NCBI GenBank assembly: GCA_964202905.1
Contig: CAXNJO010000011.1
Coordinates: forward strand, 64,001-128,000
DNA: 64,000 nucleotides
Source: Polyangiales bacterium
GTDB lineage: Bacteria > Myxococcota_A > Polyangia > Polyangiales > JADJQN01
Reading direction: 5' to 3'
A program made the translations under genes and the position numbers. Below, in pieces: positions 41,683 to 51,368 of the stretch. Under the pieces are notes generated by a model, which was not told where the DNA came from, made no database searches, and saw only the letters and a program-made list of their open reading frames with translations. How positions within the stretch are numbered: the stretch's first letter is position 1; every line of letters begins with the position of its first letter.

Positions 41683-43323
41683 TCAGTCGAAGGGGTTGTC
41701 GGTCGAGAAGCCTGCGCCGCGCTTCGTCGGCCGCGGGGCGGGGCGTGCGGCCGGCGACGCAGGACGTGCGGCGGAAGCGGCTGGGCGCGTCGCGACGGGG
41801 GCTCCGGTGCCGGCCGCCGGGCGCAGTGTGAGGTTCACTTCGCGGTCGCGACTGAGCTCTACGGGCTGCGTCGCCGGTTGGTAGCCGACGAGCGAGGCCT
41901 CGAGGCGGTGTGCCCCGGCGCCGCGGCTGAGGCGGACATCGTACGGCGTGCGGATGCGGACGCCGTCGAACGTGACGGTCGCGTTGGGAGGCGTCACGCG
42001 GACCTGTAGCCGCACCGTCTCGGGTTGCGCGGGCGCAGGCGGCACAGGGCGCGCCGCGGCCGAAGCGGCGGTCGCAGCGCGTGAGCTCGCTGCAGGGCGG
42101 GCCGGACCGGCGGGCGAGGGCGCCGCAGCGCGGGCGTTCGCGGGCGCGGGAAGCGCGCGGGTGGGCGGGGGCACCGGCGCGCTCGGCTGCGGCGGCGTGG
42201 GCGCGTCCGGATGGACCTCAGCGACCTCGGCCGCCAGTTCGGGGGCAGGCGTGCCCACGGGTGCCTCTGGAGCGGGCGCAGGCGGCTCGGGCGTGGCCGC
42301 CGGCTCGGGTGCGGCGGCTTCCGGCGCAGCCGCAGGCTCGGGCGCGGTGGGTTGTGTCAGCGCGTCCGCCGCGGACGGCAGAGGGGGCGCCTCAGCGGTC
42401 ATCGGGGCCGCCGTGGCGGCGGCCGTCGCTGCCCCCGGGGTCGATTTGCCCGAGAACATCACCGAACCGCCCGCGATCGCGAGCAGCGCAGCCACCGCGC
42501 CCGCGGCCCAGACGAGCGGATTGCGGGAGGGGCTCGAGACCGGGAGCGCCATCATCGGGCCCGTCGTGTCGGGGTCGGCGACGGGGCGCGCCGCGGAGGT
42601 TGGCGCGGCCGCGGCGGGCTTGGTCGTCGCGGGCTTCGTCGGCTCGGCCTTCGCAGGCTCGGCCTTCGCGAGCTCGGCCTTCGCAAGCGTCGACTTGCTC
42701 TCCGCTTGTGCGGACCGCGGCGCTTGTGACTTCTTTCCCTGCGACTTCTTGCCTCCGCCTTGCGTCGACTTGCCGGCGGCCTGCGTGGGCCGCGCAGCCT
42801 GCGCTGGGGAAGCGGCCGACGCGCCGGCGGACGCGGCGCCTGCCGCATTCGATGCGCCTTCGGATGTGGAGGTGGTGGCGCCCGGAGCGGCGTTCGGGGG
42901 TGCGGCGTTCGCGGATTCGGGGGCGGTCGTGGCGCTCGGCGCGGCATCGACCGTCGCGGGTTCGTCCGACGTGGGCGGCGCTGCGAGCGAGGGCGCGGAC
43001 GCCGCCTCCGGTGCCGCGACCGCGGCCTCCGCCGGTTCGCGGGTGACCGTCGACCAGTCCTCCGCGGCGATCGAGAAGCCCGGTGTCGCCGGCGCCAGCG
43101 CCGCGGCGGCGTCGCCGGCCTCGTCGTCGACTTCCCACGCCGCACGGAACCGCGACGCGTGGAGTTCGGCGTCGTTGAAAGAGATCCGGCCGGCGCCCCA
43201 GGCTCCCCCAGGGTCTGCAGGAGCCGCTGCGCCCGAGGCGGCGGCTGGCGGCGTCCCGCTGGCGGATTCCCCGGTGTTGGCGGGCGTTTGCGGCTCGGGG
43301 GCGGACTCAGGTGCAGTCGTCAT
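41683..43323 (-). CDS. Low-complexity single-pass membrane protein with PEGA domain
   Basis: GGAG RBS; Ala/Pro/Lys-rich; TM LVWAAGAVAALLAIAGG; PEGA VTPPNATVTFDG..TPY; ends GFSTDNPFD. Confidence 0.8.
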   Translation of the reverse strand: MTTAPESAPEPQTPANTGESASGTPPAAASGAAAPADPGGAWGAGRISFNDAELHASRFRAAWEVDDEAGDAAAALAPATPGFSIAAEDWSTVTREPAEAAVAAPEAASAPSLAAPPTSDEPATVDAAPSATTAPESANAAPPNAAPGATTSTSEGASNAAGAASAGASAASPAQAARPTQAAGKSTQGGGKKSQGKKSQAPRSAQAESKSTLAKAELAKAEPAKAEPTKPATTKPAAAAPTSAARPVADPDTTGPMMALPVSSPSRNPLVWAAGAVAALLAIAGGSVMFSGKSTPGAATAAATAAPMTAEAPPLPSAADALTQPTAPEPAAAPEAAAPEPAATPEPPAPAPEAPVGTPAPELAAEVAEVHPDAPTPPQPSAPVPPPTRALPAPANARAAAPSPAGPARPAASSRAATAASAAARPVPPAPAQPETVRLQVRVTPPNATVTFDGVRIRTPYDVRLSRGAGAHRLEASLVGYQPATQPVELSRDREVNLTLRPAAGTGAPVATRPAASAARPASPAARPAPRPTKRGAGFSTDNPFD

Positions 43324-43444
43324 CGTCTCTCCAGATCCCCCGGCGAGGGAGCGCGCGGCAGGTCGGGAACGTATCACCGACGGCGCTACCCGGCCCGTCT
43401 CGGGTGACATGCCGCGCTGCCGCGCCTCGGACACGGCGGACGCC

Positions 43445-43906
43445 TCAGGTCTTGGACGGTACGAGCTCCGTGAGCCGGTCGTCCCACTCGTCGGCTACGG
43501 AGGCGATCGTGTGCAGCAGGTCCTCGAACTCTTCGTAGTCGAGCCCGCTGAGGCGACGGAGCGCGCGCAGGTACACGGCGTCGCGGTCCTTGTCGATCGC
43601 GAAGGCTCCGTCGCTCGTGACGAGGAAGTTCAGCTCGAGCAACTTGCGGTAGAAGGCCTCGCGTCCCTCGCGAGGGACCTCCATGATGCGCGACAAGAAG
43701 AGGAGGATCCCATGATCTTCGAGGACATTGATGCCGACGGTCGCCGAGCCGCGGCGGACGTCGGTGTATCCGTCCTCGTCGAGCGGATCGAGCTCGACGC
43801 CCACGGCAGCGCCGAAGCGCTGGAGGTAGGCGTTCACCATCTCGGCGGCCGTGCGGTACGTCGTGCCGCTCTGGCGGTCCTCGTAGGTCGGCGGCTGTGC
43901 GCTCAC
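43445..43906 (-). CDS. CesT/YbjN-like (type III chaperone fold) protein
   Basis: About 150 aa, acidic; EAFYRKLLELNF..GAFAID; LDYEEFEDLL..ADEWD; GAGGGAG RBS before GTG. Confidence 0.8.
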   Translation of the reverse strand: MSAQPPTYEDRQSGTTYRTAAEMVNAYLQRFGAAVGVELDPLDEDGYTDVRRGSATVGINVLEDHGILLFLSRIMEVPREGREAFYRKLLELNFLVTSDGAFAIDKDRDAVYLRALRRLSGLDYEEFEDLLHTIASVADEWDDRLTELVPSKT

Positions 43907-43978
43907 GTCGGCTCCCTCTTCGCCGCGCATCCTAGGCGGGGCCCGCGCGGCGCGTCAACGCACGTCGCCTGCGCGCGC

Positions 43979-45732
43979 TTGCCCGTCGCGTCCGCGCTCG
44001 CCGCCGTGCTCGTCGGCGCACTCGCGGCGTGCGCGGGGGCACGCGCGCCGGGTCCGACGCCGGGCCCCGTCGCGCGGCGGTCCCGGTGGCCCCGGCCGAA
44101 CTCGACGAAGCGGGGGCGTACGCGCTCGCGCCTGACGCGCTGCGCGCCGCCTACCACGAGACGGCGGCGCGGGCGGCGCGGGCCGAGGCGACCGCGGCGG
44201 GCGTCGTGGCGTCGCGGCAGGCAGCCCGGCTGGCACGGGTGCTCTCGCGGCGGGAAGACGCACCCGAGCGCCTCGCGGCGGCGCGCGGTCACCTGCGCGA
44301 AGCGTCGCGCCGGCGGGGGCTCGCCGGATCGTGCGAGGCGGCGCTCGAGCTCGCGCGGCTCGAGGCGGTCGAGGCCGGTGACGCCGGCGCGGCCTGGCTC
44401 GTCGCGCATCGCACGGTCGGGCGCTTCGGCGCCGACGCGGCACGCGCGCGGTGCGTGGCGGAGGCGCGTCGAACGCTCGTGTCGCTTGCGGCGTTCGAGC
44501 CGGATCCCGCGGTGCTCCGCGCCGCAGAAGCCGCGCCGGACGACGAGGACGCCCCCGCCGCCGACGCGCTGTCGGTCGTCCTGTCGGCGCCGGAGGACCC
44601 CATCGCGGCATGGATCGCCGAGCAGGCCGACGAGGCGGCCGCTGGACCGCCGCCGCGCCTCGAGCGCATCGAGGTGCTCGGCGCTGCGCCCGGCGGGCAG
44701 GCGGGCCAGTCCCCGAGCGCGCGCGTGGCGCTCTACTTCGACCGCGTGGCGATCTTCACCCGCAGCACCCTGCCCGCGGACGGGACGCTCCCGGCGCGGA
44801 TCGTCCTCGATTTTCGCGGGGCCATCCCGACGGACACCGTCGCCGCGGCGAGCCCGGTCGGAGCAGGCGGCGTGGCACGGGTCCGCACGGCGCGGACCGA
44901 TCCGTCCACGCTGCGGGTCACCTTCGAGCTCGACGGCGAGCCGCGCCATCGGCTGTTCTTCCTCGCGGATCCGTTTCGCGTGGTGCTCGACTTCGACGCG
45001 CAGCCTCCGCCGTCGATCATCGCCGCGACCGCCGACCCGGCCTCCGCCGGCCCGCATCCGCTCGCCCTCCTGATGCTCGACCCCGGTCACGGCGGCGACG
45101 ACCACGGGGCCCGCAGCGAGCGCGGACTGCGCGAGTCGCACGTCGTCCTCGAACTCGCGCAGCGCGTGAAGGCCCTGCTCGCGCAGCGGCTCCCGGAGAC
45201 GCGCGTGCTGCTCACCCGCGATCGCGACGTGTTCGTCTCTCTCGAGCAGCGCGCCGCGATGGCGAACGTCGTCGGCGCGGACGCGTTCGTCTCCATTCAC
45301 CTCAACGCGAGCCCCACGCAGGCCGACCGCGGCGGCGTCGGGGCGTTCGTCCTCGACACCACGGCCGACCGCGCGTCCCTCAGCCTCGCGGCCCGCGAGA
45401 ACGGCACGAGCGAGGGCGAGGTCACCGGCCTGCAGCGCATCCTCGCGTCGCTCTACCGTGCGGATCAGGCCCGCGGCTCGCGCGCGCTCGCCGAGCGCGT
45501 CCACGACTCGACGCTCGCGTCCGGGCGGCGCGCGTACCCGGCCCTCCACGACCGCGGCACGCAGAGCGCGATGTTCTACGTGCTCGTCGGCGCCCGGATG
45601 CCGGCCGTGCTGCTCGAGGCGTCGTTCATCTTGCGTGCGCCGGAGGCGCCGCTCCTCGCCGACGACGCATACAAGGCGGCGCTCGCCGAGGGCATCGCCG
45701 CCGGGATCGTGCGCTACGCACGCGGCCGATGA
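43979..45732 (+). CDS. N-acetylmuramoyl-L-alanine amidase (AMIN + Amidase_3), probable lipoprotein; apparent frameshift near 44074
   Basis: LDPGHGG, LTRDRD, FVSIHLNA, FYVLVGARMPAVLLE; AMIN-like ARIVLDF and PFRVVLDF; lipobox GALAAC lies in the adjacent frame. Confidence 0.88.
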
Positions 45733-45757
45733 GCCGGGCGCGTCGCGCCGCCGCGCA

Positions 45758-45785
45758 TTGCAAGCCCGGCGCCCGACCGCATACT
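45758..45785 (+). promoter_or_regulatory. Putative sigma70-type promoter of glnD
   Basis: TTGCAA-N16-CATACT, 11 nt before the ATG. Confidence 0.5.
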
Positions 45786-45796
45786 CGCCCTCCGAG

Positions 45797-48553
45797 ATGG
45801 CCGAAGCCGCCGCGCGGAACATCGACTTGGGCCAGCTTGCTCCCGGGCTCGCGGCCGTCTGCGACGAGTATCTCGTGCGATATCGGGGTCGCCTCGAAGA
45901 GGCAGCCCGCGCGGGGGAGGGCGGCGTCACCGTCGCGCGGCAGCTCGCGCGCTCCCTCGACGGGCTGCTCGGGGCGCTCTACTGCGCGGCCGACGCCGCC
46001 GCGCGCGCCGGGCGCCGTGGTCCGGCGGGCCGCGTCGCGCTCGCCGCCGTGGGGGGCTGGGGGCGTGGCGTCGTCGGGCTGCGCTCAGACCTCGACGTGC
46101 TCTTTCTGTGCGACGACCCGCGCGACCCGCACGTCGCCGCCCTCGCCGAGGGCGTGCTGTATCCACTCTGGGATCTCGGCGTCTCGATCGGTCATGCGGT
46201 CCGCGGCGTCGAGGAGACGGTCGAACTCGCGCGCACCGACCTGCGCACGGCGACGACGCTCCTCGACGCGCGCGCCGTCGCGGGCGCACGAGGGCTCGTC
46301 GACGCCTTGCAGAAGGCGGGGCGACGCGCGCTCTTCGACCCGGCCATCGAGCCCTTTCTCGATGCGCTCGAGGGCGACACGCAGGCGCGCCACGAGCGCT
46401 TCGGCGGTTCGCTCTACCTGCTCGAACCCGAGGTGAAGCTCGGCCGCGGGGGGCTGCGCGATCTCGACGTCGCGCGCTGGGCGGCGCGCGCGCGCTGGGG
46501 GGCGGCGTCCCCGGATGAGCTCGTGCGTCTCGGCGCGATCCAGGCCCGCGAGCAGCGCGCGCTCGAGCTCGCCGAGGAGTTCCTCTGGCGCGTCCGCAAC
46601 CTGCTTCACACCCGCGCGAGGCGCCGCCAGGACCGCCTCACGTTCGAGGACCAACTGGAGATCGCGCCGGCGCTCGGCTTCGTCGATGCCGTCACGCCGG
46701 GCGTCGAGCAGTTCATGCAGGCGTATTACCGGCACGCCCGTGTCGTCGCGCAGACGGCCGAGCGCATGCTCGCGCGCGCGCGCCCCGAGAAGCGCCGCGA
46801 CGCGCGGGAGCCCGCCATCGACGCGGGCGGCGGAGTCTTGCTCTGGGGCGGGCACGTCACCCTCGCCGACAGCGAGCAACTCGCGGTCGATCCGTGCCTC
46901 GCGCTCCGCCTCTACACGGAGGTCGCCCGGCGTGAACTGCCCCCGTACCCCTTCGCGCGTGACGCCATCGCGCGCGTCGCGAGCGACGCCGACTGGCGCC
47001 GGAGGCTCCGCGAGTCCGAGCGCGCCCCCGAACTCTTCCTGCGCCTCCTCGCGCACGTCGGGGATGCCCCGGTTCGTCGCGGCTCCCTGCTCGGCGAACT
47101 GCACGAGGTGGGGCTGCTCCTCGCGATGATCCCGGAGTTCGAGCCGGTCACGGGGCGCGTGCAGCAGGACCTCTACCATGTGTACACGGTCGATGTGCAT
47201 TCGGTCGCGGCCGTCGACCGGCTGCGCGCGCTCACGCGCGGCGACCTCGCCCACGAGCTGCCGCTCGCGTGCCGCGCCGCCGCAGAGATGCCGCGTCCGG
47301 CGCCGCTCTTCCTCGCGGTCCTCCTCCACGACATCGGCAAGGGCCACGGCAAGGATCACAGCAAGCGGGGCGCGCAGCTCGCGCGCACGATCGCGCCGCG
47401 GCTCGGCCTGCCGCCGCTCGACGTCGACCACGTCGTGTGGCTCGTGCAGGAGCACCTCTCCCTCTACCACTGGGCGATGCGTCGCGACACGAGCGATCCC
47501 CAGACGATCGCCGAGGTCGGGCGGCTCGTCGGCTCGCTCGATCGGCTGCGCGATCTCTACCTGCTCACGGTCGCCGACCTCTCCACGACCAACCCGCAGG
47601 CGATGACCTCGTGGAAGGCGCGCATGCTCGACGACCTCTACGTCGCCGTCGCGCAGGCGCTCGCGGGGGGCGTGACGGCGACGTCGTACGAGCGCGCCGA
47701 CGAGGTGCGCGCCGATCTCCGCGTGCGGTTGCTCGGCGCCGCCGGGCCGGACGCGCGGCGCGTGACCCCGGCGGAGCGCGCCGCGTACGAGCACTTCGTC
47801 GACGAGATGCCCGCGCGCTACGTCCTCGCGAACCCCGCGGAGGCGGTCCTCGTCCACGCCCGCATCGCCGTCGAGCGTGGCGCGCGCGCGGTGCACGTCG
47901 CCGTGCGTCCTGGCGGACCCGACGCGCTCGCGGAGCTCGTCGTCGTCACCGACGATCGACCTGGGTTGCTCGCCGATCTCACCGCCGCGCTCACCGCGAA
48001 CCGCCTCGCGGTGAGCAGCGCGCAGATCTACACGCGCTCGCGGCAGGGGCGCCCCGACGAGGCCGTCGATCTCTTCCACGTGCGTCGCGTCGCCCGCGGC
48101 GCCGACCCGATGGACCTCGGCTGGCTCCCGAAGCTCGCGCGCGACGTCGCGGCGATCTTGGCCGGCGAGGTGAGCGCCGAGGCGCTGCTCGCCGCGCGCC
48201 CTCGGCCCCCGGCGTGGGCGCGCCGCAAGGGGCCGGAGTTGCCCACGGAGGTGCGCGTCGACAACGGCGTCGACCAGCGCTTCACGGTGGTGGACGTCTT
48301 CACCCGCGACCGCGTGGGCCTGCTCCACGCGATCGCGCGTGCGCTGCACGAGCAGGGGCTGACCATCGTGCTCTCGAAGGTCAACACCGAGGGCTTGCGC
48401 GTCGCGGACGTCTTCTACGTCGAGGAGAGGGGGGGCGGTAAAGTGAAAAATGCCAGCAAAATCGAGGTTTTGCCGCTGATCCTGCGCGAGACGATCGCGC
48501 GCCTCGACGCCGAAGCGGAGCGCACCGGGCGCAGCGGCGGGGAGTCGACGTGA
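45797..48553 (+). CDS. glnD: PII uridylyltransferase/uridylyl-removing enzyme
   Basis: AVGGWGRG..SDLDVL, LEPEVKLGRGGLRD, YHVYTVDVH, LLHDIGKG, two ACT domains (DRPGLL, DRVGLL). Confidence 0.95.
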   Translation: MAEAAARNIDLGQLAPGLAAVCDEYLVRYRGRLEEAARAGEGGVTVARQLARSLDGLLGALYCAADAAARAGRRGPAGRVALAAVGGWGRGVVGLRSDLDVLFLCDDPRDPHVAALAEGVLYPLWDLGVSIGHAVRGVEETVELARTDLRTATTLLDARAVAGARGLVDALQKAGRRALFDPAIEPFLDALEGDTQARHERFGGSLYLLEPEVKLGRGGLRDLDVARWAARARWGAASPDELVRLGAIQAREQRALELAEEFLWRVRNLLHTRARRRQDRLTFEDQLEIAPALGFVDAVTPGVEQFMQAYYRHARVVAQTAERMLARARPEKRRDAREPAIDAGGGVLLWGGHVTLADSEQLAVDPCLALRLYTEVARRELPPYPFARDAIARVASDADWRRRLRESERAPELFLRLLAHVGDAPVRRGSLLGELHEVGLLLAMIPEFEPVTGRVQQDLYHVYTVDVHSVAAVDRLRALTRGDLAHELPLACRAAAEMPRPAPLFLAVLLHDIGKGHGKDHSKRGAQLARTIAPRLGLPPLDVDHVVWLVQEHLSLYHWAMRRDTSDPQTIAEVGRLVGSLDRLRDLYLLTVADLSTTNPQAMTSWKARMLDDLYVAVAQALAGGVTATSYERADEVRADLRVRLLGAAGPDARRVTPAERAAYEHFVDEMPARYVLANPAEAVLVHARIAVERGARAVHVAVRPGGPDALAELVVVTDDRPGLLADLTAALTANRLAVSSAQIYTRSRQGRPDEAVDLFHVRRVARGADPMDLGWLPKLARDVAAILAGEVSAEALLAARPRPPAWARRKGPELPTEVRVDNGVDQRFTVVDVFTRDRVGLLHAIARALHEQGLTIVLSKVNTEGLRVADVFYVEERGGGKVKNASKIEVLPLILRETIARLDAEAERTGRSGGEST

Positions 48554-49635
48554 GACGCGCCGTGCTGCGCGCCACGAGGTGGTCGCTCGCGTGCGCGGCC
48601 CTCGTCGGCTGTCCTGCGCCGGCCTCGCCCACGGGCGCGAACGCGGGCGAGGGCGGCGAAGCCGTCGAGTTCGAAGACGAGGCCGCCGCGCGCGGTGCCG
48701 AAGCCGCGCATCCGGCGAGTCCGGCCGTTCAGCGCGGTGAGGCGCTCCTCGCGCGCGGGGACGCCGCGGGGGCCGAGGCGCTCTTCCGCGAGGCGCTGAC
48801 GGCCGCGCCCGGCGACGCGCGTGCGCTGCTCGACCTCGGCCTCGCGCGCGAGCTGCAGGAGGACCCGGCGGGCGCCGCGCGCGCCTACCGCAAGGCGATC
48901 GCGGCCGATCCGCGGTTCGCCGAGGCGCACAACAACCTCGGCGCGCTGCTCCGCGAGGAGGGCGATCTGCCCGGCGCGGTCACGTCCCTGCGTGAGGCCG
49001 TGCGGCTCCGCGCGGGCAGCGCGTCGGCGCACGCGAACCTCGCGCTCGCGCTCGAGGAATCCGACGCGCTCGCGGAGGCTGAGGGCGCTTACCGCGCGGC
49101 GGCGCGCCTCGCGCCTCGCGACCCGATGGCGCGCGTCAATCTCGGCCTGCTCCTGCTCCGCCTCGAGCGTGCGGACGACGCGGCTCGGACGCTGCGCGAG
49201 GCCCTTCCGCTCGCGGAGGGGAACCGCGCCGCGCTCGCGGGCATCGGCAGCGGCCTGCGTCGTGCGGGCGAGCCGGAGGCCGCGGCGCGTGCGCTGACGG
49301 CCGCGGTCGATGCCGACACGGCCCCACCCGCGTCGGGCCTGCTCTGCGAGCTCGCGCTCGCGCAGCGCGGGGCGGGAGACCGTCCCGGCGCCGAGGCCAC
49401 GCTCGGCCGTGTGCTCGCGGCCGACGAGCGCTACGCGACGGCGCACTACCTCCTCGCCAACATGCTCGCCGGCCGCGGTGTGCTCGCCGAGGCCGTCCAG
49501 CGGTTCGAGCGCTATCTCGTCCTCGAGCCAAGCGGCCCGCACGCTGCTGAGGCCCGCGAGCGCCTCACGCGCGCGAGGGAGTCGCTGCGGACGCCGGCTG
49601 CCCGACCGGCGCGCGGATCGGCGTCCCCGCGCTAG
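48550..49635 (+). CDS. TPR-repeat lipoprotein
   Basis: Lipobox ALVGC; repeated TPRs (AEAHNNLG, AHANLA, ARVNLG); GTGA overlap with glnD. Confidence 0.88.
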   Translation: MRRAVLRATRWSLACAALVGCPAPASPTGANAGEGGEAVEFEDEAAARGAEAAHPASPAVQRGEALLARGDAAGAEALFREALTAAPGDARALLDLGLARELQEDPAGAARAYRKAIAADPRFAEAHNNLGALLREEGDLPGAVTSLREAVRLRAGSASAHANLALALEESDALAEAEGAYRAAARLAPRDPMARVNLGLLLLRLERADDAARTLREALPLAEGNRAALAGIGSGLRRAGEPEAAARALTAAVDADTAPPASGLLCELALAQRGAGDRPGAEATLGRVLAADERYATAHYLLANMLAGRGVLAEAVQRFERYLVLEPSGPHAAEARERLTRARESLRTPAARPARGSASPR

Positions 49636-49684
49636 CGCCGCGTGGTCGGCGCTGGCCGTGGCCGTCCACAGCGCGCCGGAGCGC

Positions 49685-50671
49685 TCAGGTGGCGGGCGCT
49701 GCGGGCGGAGCGACGGCCTTGCGCCCGAGCCCGACGAGGAAGACCTCGTAGCTCTCCTGTCGCGAGGCTTCCGGCTTGAGGATGCGCACCGTGTCGAACA
49801 GCGCTCGGAGCGCGCGCCGCGCGTCCTCGAACTCGGGCCCCTGGAAGATCTTCCCGACGAAGGAACCCCCGGGTGTGAGGGTCACTTCGGCGATCGCCAC
49901 CGCTGCCATGAAGAGCCGGTAACTGTTGTACTGATCGGCCGCACGTGAGCCGATCGTCGAGGGCGCCATGTCCGTGAGTACGACGTCGAAGCGACCCAGG
50001 GAGCTCGGCTCGACGGTGAAGATGTCCGCCTGACGCAGCTCGGCGTTGGGGGCGACGCCGCCGCGGGGCTCTTGGATGTCGATGCCGAGGACGCGGCCAC
50101 GGGGCGCGACTTTCTTCGCGGCGTACATCGTCCACGAGCCGGGGAAGGAGCCGAGGTCCAAGACGCGCAACCCGGGGCGCAGCAAGCGGACGCGGCGGTC
50201 GATCTCCTCGAGCTTGTAGACGGAGCGGGCCGGGTAGCCCTCCTTCTTCGCCCGCGCGCCGAAGTGATCGTTGGGGCGCGATGTCCGAGGGCCGCCCGCG
50301 GTCGACGATTTCCCACGAGACTCGGCAGTGCGGGGGGCAGGGCGAGCGGCCCGCGGCGTCTCCCTCGACCCATCCGCGCCGGAGGTCGCCGCCGTGGCGC
50401 GGGGATCGGGTGCAGACGACGACCTGGCAGGCCCGCTGGACCCGGCCTGCGCGGGTCGCGCGACGGGTTGGGCAAGGCTCGGTCTGGTGGCGGCGGGTCT
50501 GGTGGCGGCGGGTCTGGTGGCGGCGGGTCTGGTGGCGGCGGGTCTGGTGGGGGTCGGTCGGGCGACGGAACGGGAAGAGCCGGCTTGGCTCGCTGCGCGT
50601 TGCGCTGCGGCCGGCCGGCCCTTCGAGGTACCGCGCGCCCCCCGTGAATCGGTGCGGCGCCGGGTCGTCAT
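49685..50671 (-). CDS. rlmE: 23S rRNA Um2552 methyltransferase with long basic N-terminal extension
   Basis: ARSVYKLEEID, LDLGSFPGSW, TDMAP, KIFQG, KPEASRQESYE; start uncertain. Confidence 0.9.
   Translation of the reverse strand: MTTRRRTDSRGARGTSKGRPAAAQRAASQAGSSRSVARPTPTRPAATRPAATRPAATRPAATRPSLAQPVARPAQAGSSGPARSSSAPDPRATAATSGADGSRETPRAARPAPRTAESRGKSSTAGGPRTSRPNDHFGARAKKEGYPARSVYKLEEIDRRVRLLRPGLRVLDLGSFPGSWTMYAAKKVAPRGRVLGIDIQEPRGGVAPNAELRQADIFTVEPSSLGRFDVVLTDMAPSTIGSRAADQYNSYRLFMAAVAIAEVTLTPGGSFVGKIFQGPEFEDARRALRALFDTVRILKPEASRQESYEVFLVGLGRKAVAPPAAPAT
50481..50550. repeat. 15-bp tandem repeat, about 4.7 copies, encoding (RPAAT)n
   Basis: ggtctggtggcggcg x4 plus a partial ggtctggtgg. Confidence 0.95.
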
Positions 50672-50676
50672 CGTGC

Positions 50677-51342
50677 TCAGGCCTGTGCGGCCTGCCGCTG
50701 CTTGATCGCGCCGCGCACGGTGACGACGCCGTTCTTCGCGCCGGGGACCGCGCCCTCGATGAGGACGATCTGTTCGGCGTCCATCACGCGGGCCACCTTG
50801 AGATTCAGGATGGTGACGCGCTCGTCCCCGTACTGACCGGGCATCTTGAGGTTCGGCAGCGTGCGACCCGGGGTCATGTTCGTGCCGATGGAGCCGCCGT
50901 GGCGGCGATACTCGTGCGTGCCGTGCGTGGCGGGGAAGCCCGAGAAGTTCCAGCGGCGCATGACGCCGGTGAAACCGCGGCCGCGCGACTTGCCGCAGAC
51001 GTCGACCTTCTGGCCGACCGTGAAGATTTCGGATGGCTTCAGGACTTGGCCGACCTCGAAGCGCGCCGCGAGCTCGGGGGAGACGCGGAACTCTTTGACG
51101 GTGCGGGTGGCCGCGACGCCGAGCTTCTTGAAGAAGCCCGCCTGTGGCTTGGCGACGAGCTTCTCGCGCTTCGCGCCGAAGCCGAGCACGAGGGCGGTGT
51201 AGCCGTCCTTGTCCTCCGTGCGCTTGCCGAGCACGATGCACGGACCGACCTGAATGGCCGTGACGCGCGTGACGCTGCCGTCCTCGTTGAAGATTTGGGT
51301 GTTGCCGAGCTTCTTGCCGACGAGGCCGAGATTGATGTTCAT
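50677..51342 (-). CDS. rplC: 50S ribosomal protein L3
   Basis: GLVGKKLGNTQIF, DGYTALVLG, SRGRGFTGVMRRWNF, HGTHEYRRHGGSIG, KMPGQYG, EGAVPG. Confidence 0.97.
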   Translation of the reverse strand: MNINLGLVGKKLGNTQIFNEDGSVTRVTAIQVGPCIVLGKRTEDKDGYTALVLGFGAKREKLVAKPQAGFFKKLGVAATRTVKEFRVSPELAARFEVGQVLKPSEIFTVGQKVDVCGKSRGRGFTGVMRRWNFSGFPATHGTHEYRRHGGSIGTNMTPGRTLPNLKMPGQYGDERVTILNLKVARVMDAEQIVLIEGAVPGAKNGVVTVRGAIKQRQAAQA

Positions 51343-51368
51343 GGCGCGCCTGTACGTAGGGAGGCGGA

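Noticed and set aside
44873..44890. TGGCACG sigma54-like sites (also near 44231 and 16519)
   Set aside because: The -12 GC spacing is wrong and there is no suitable downstream gene.
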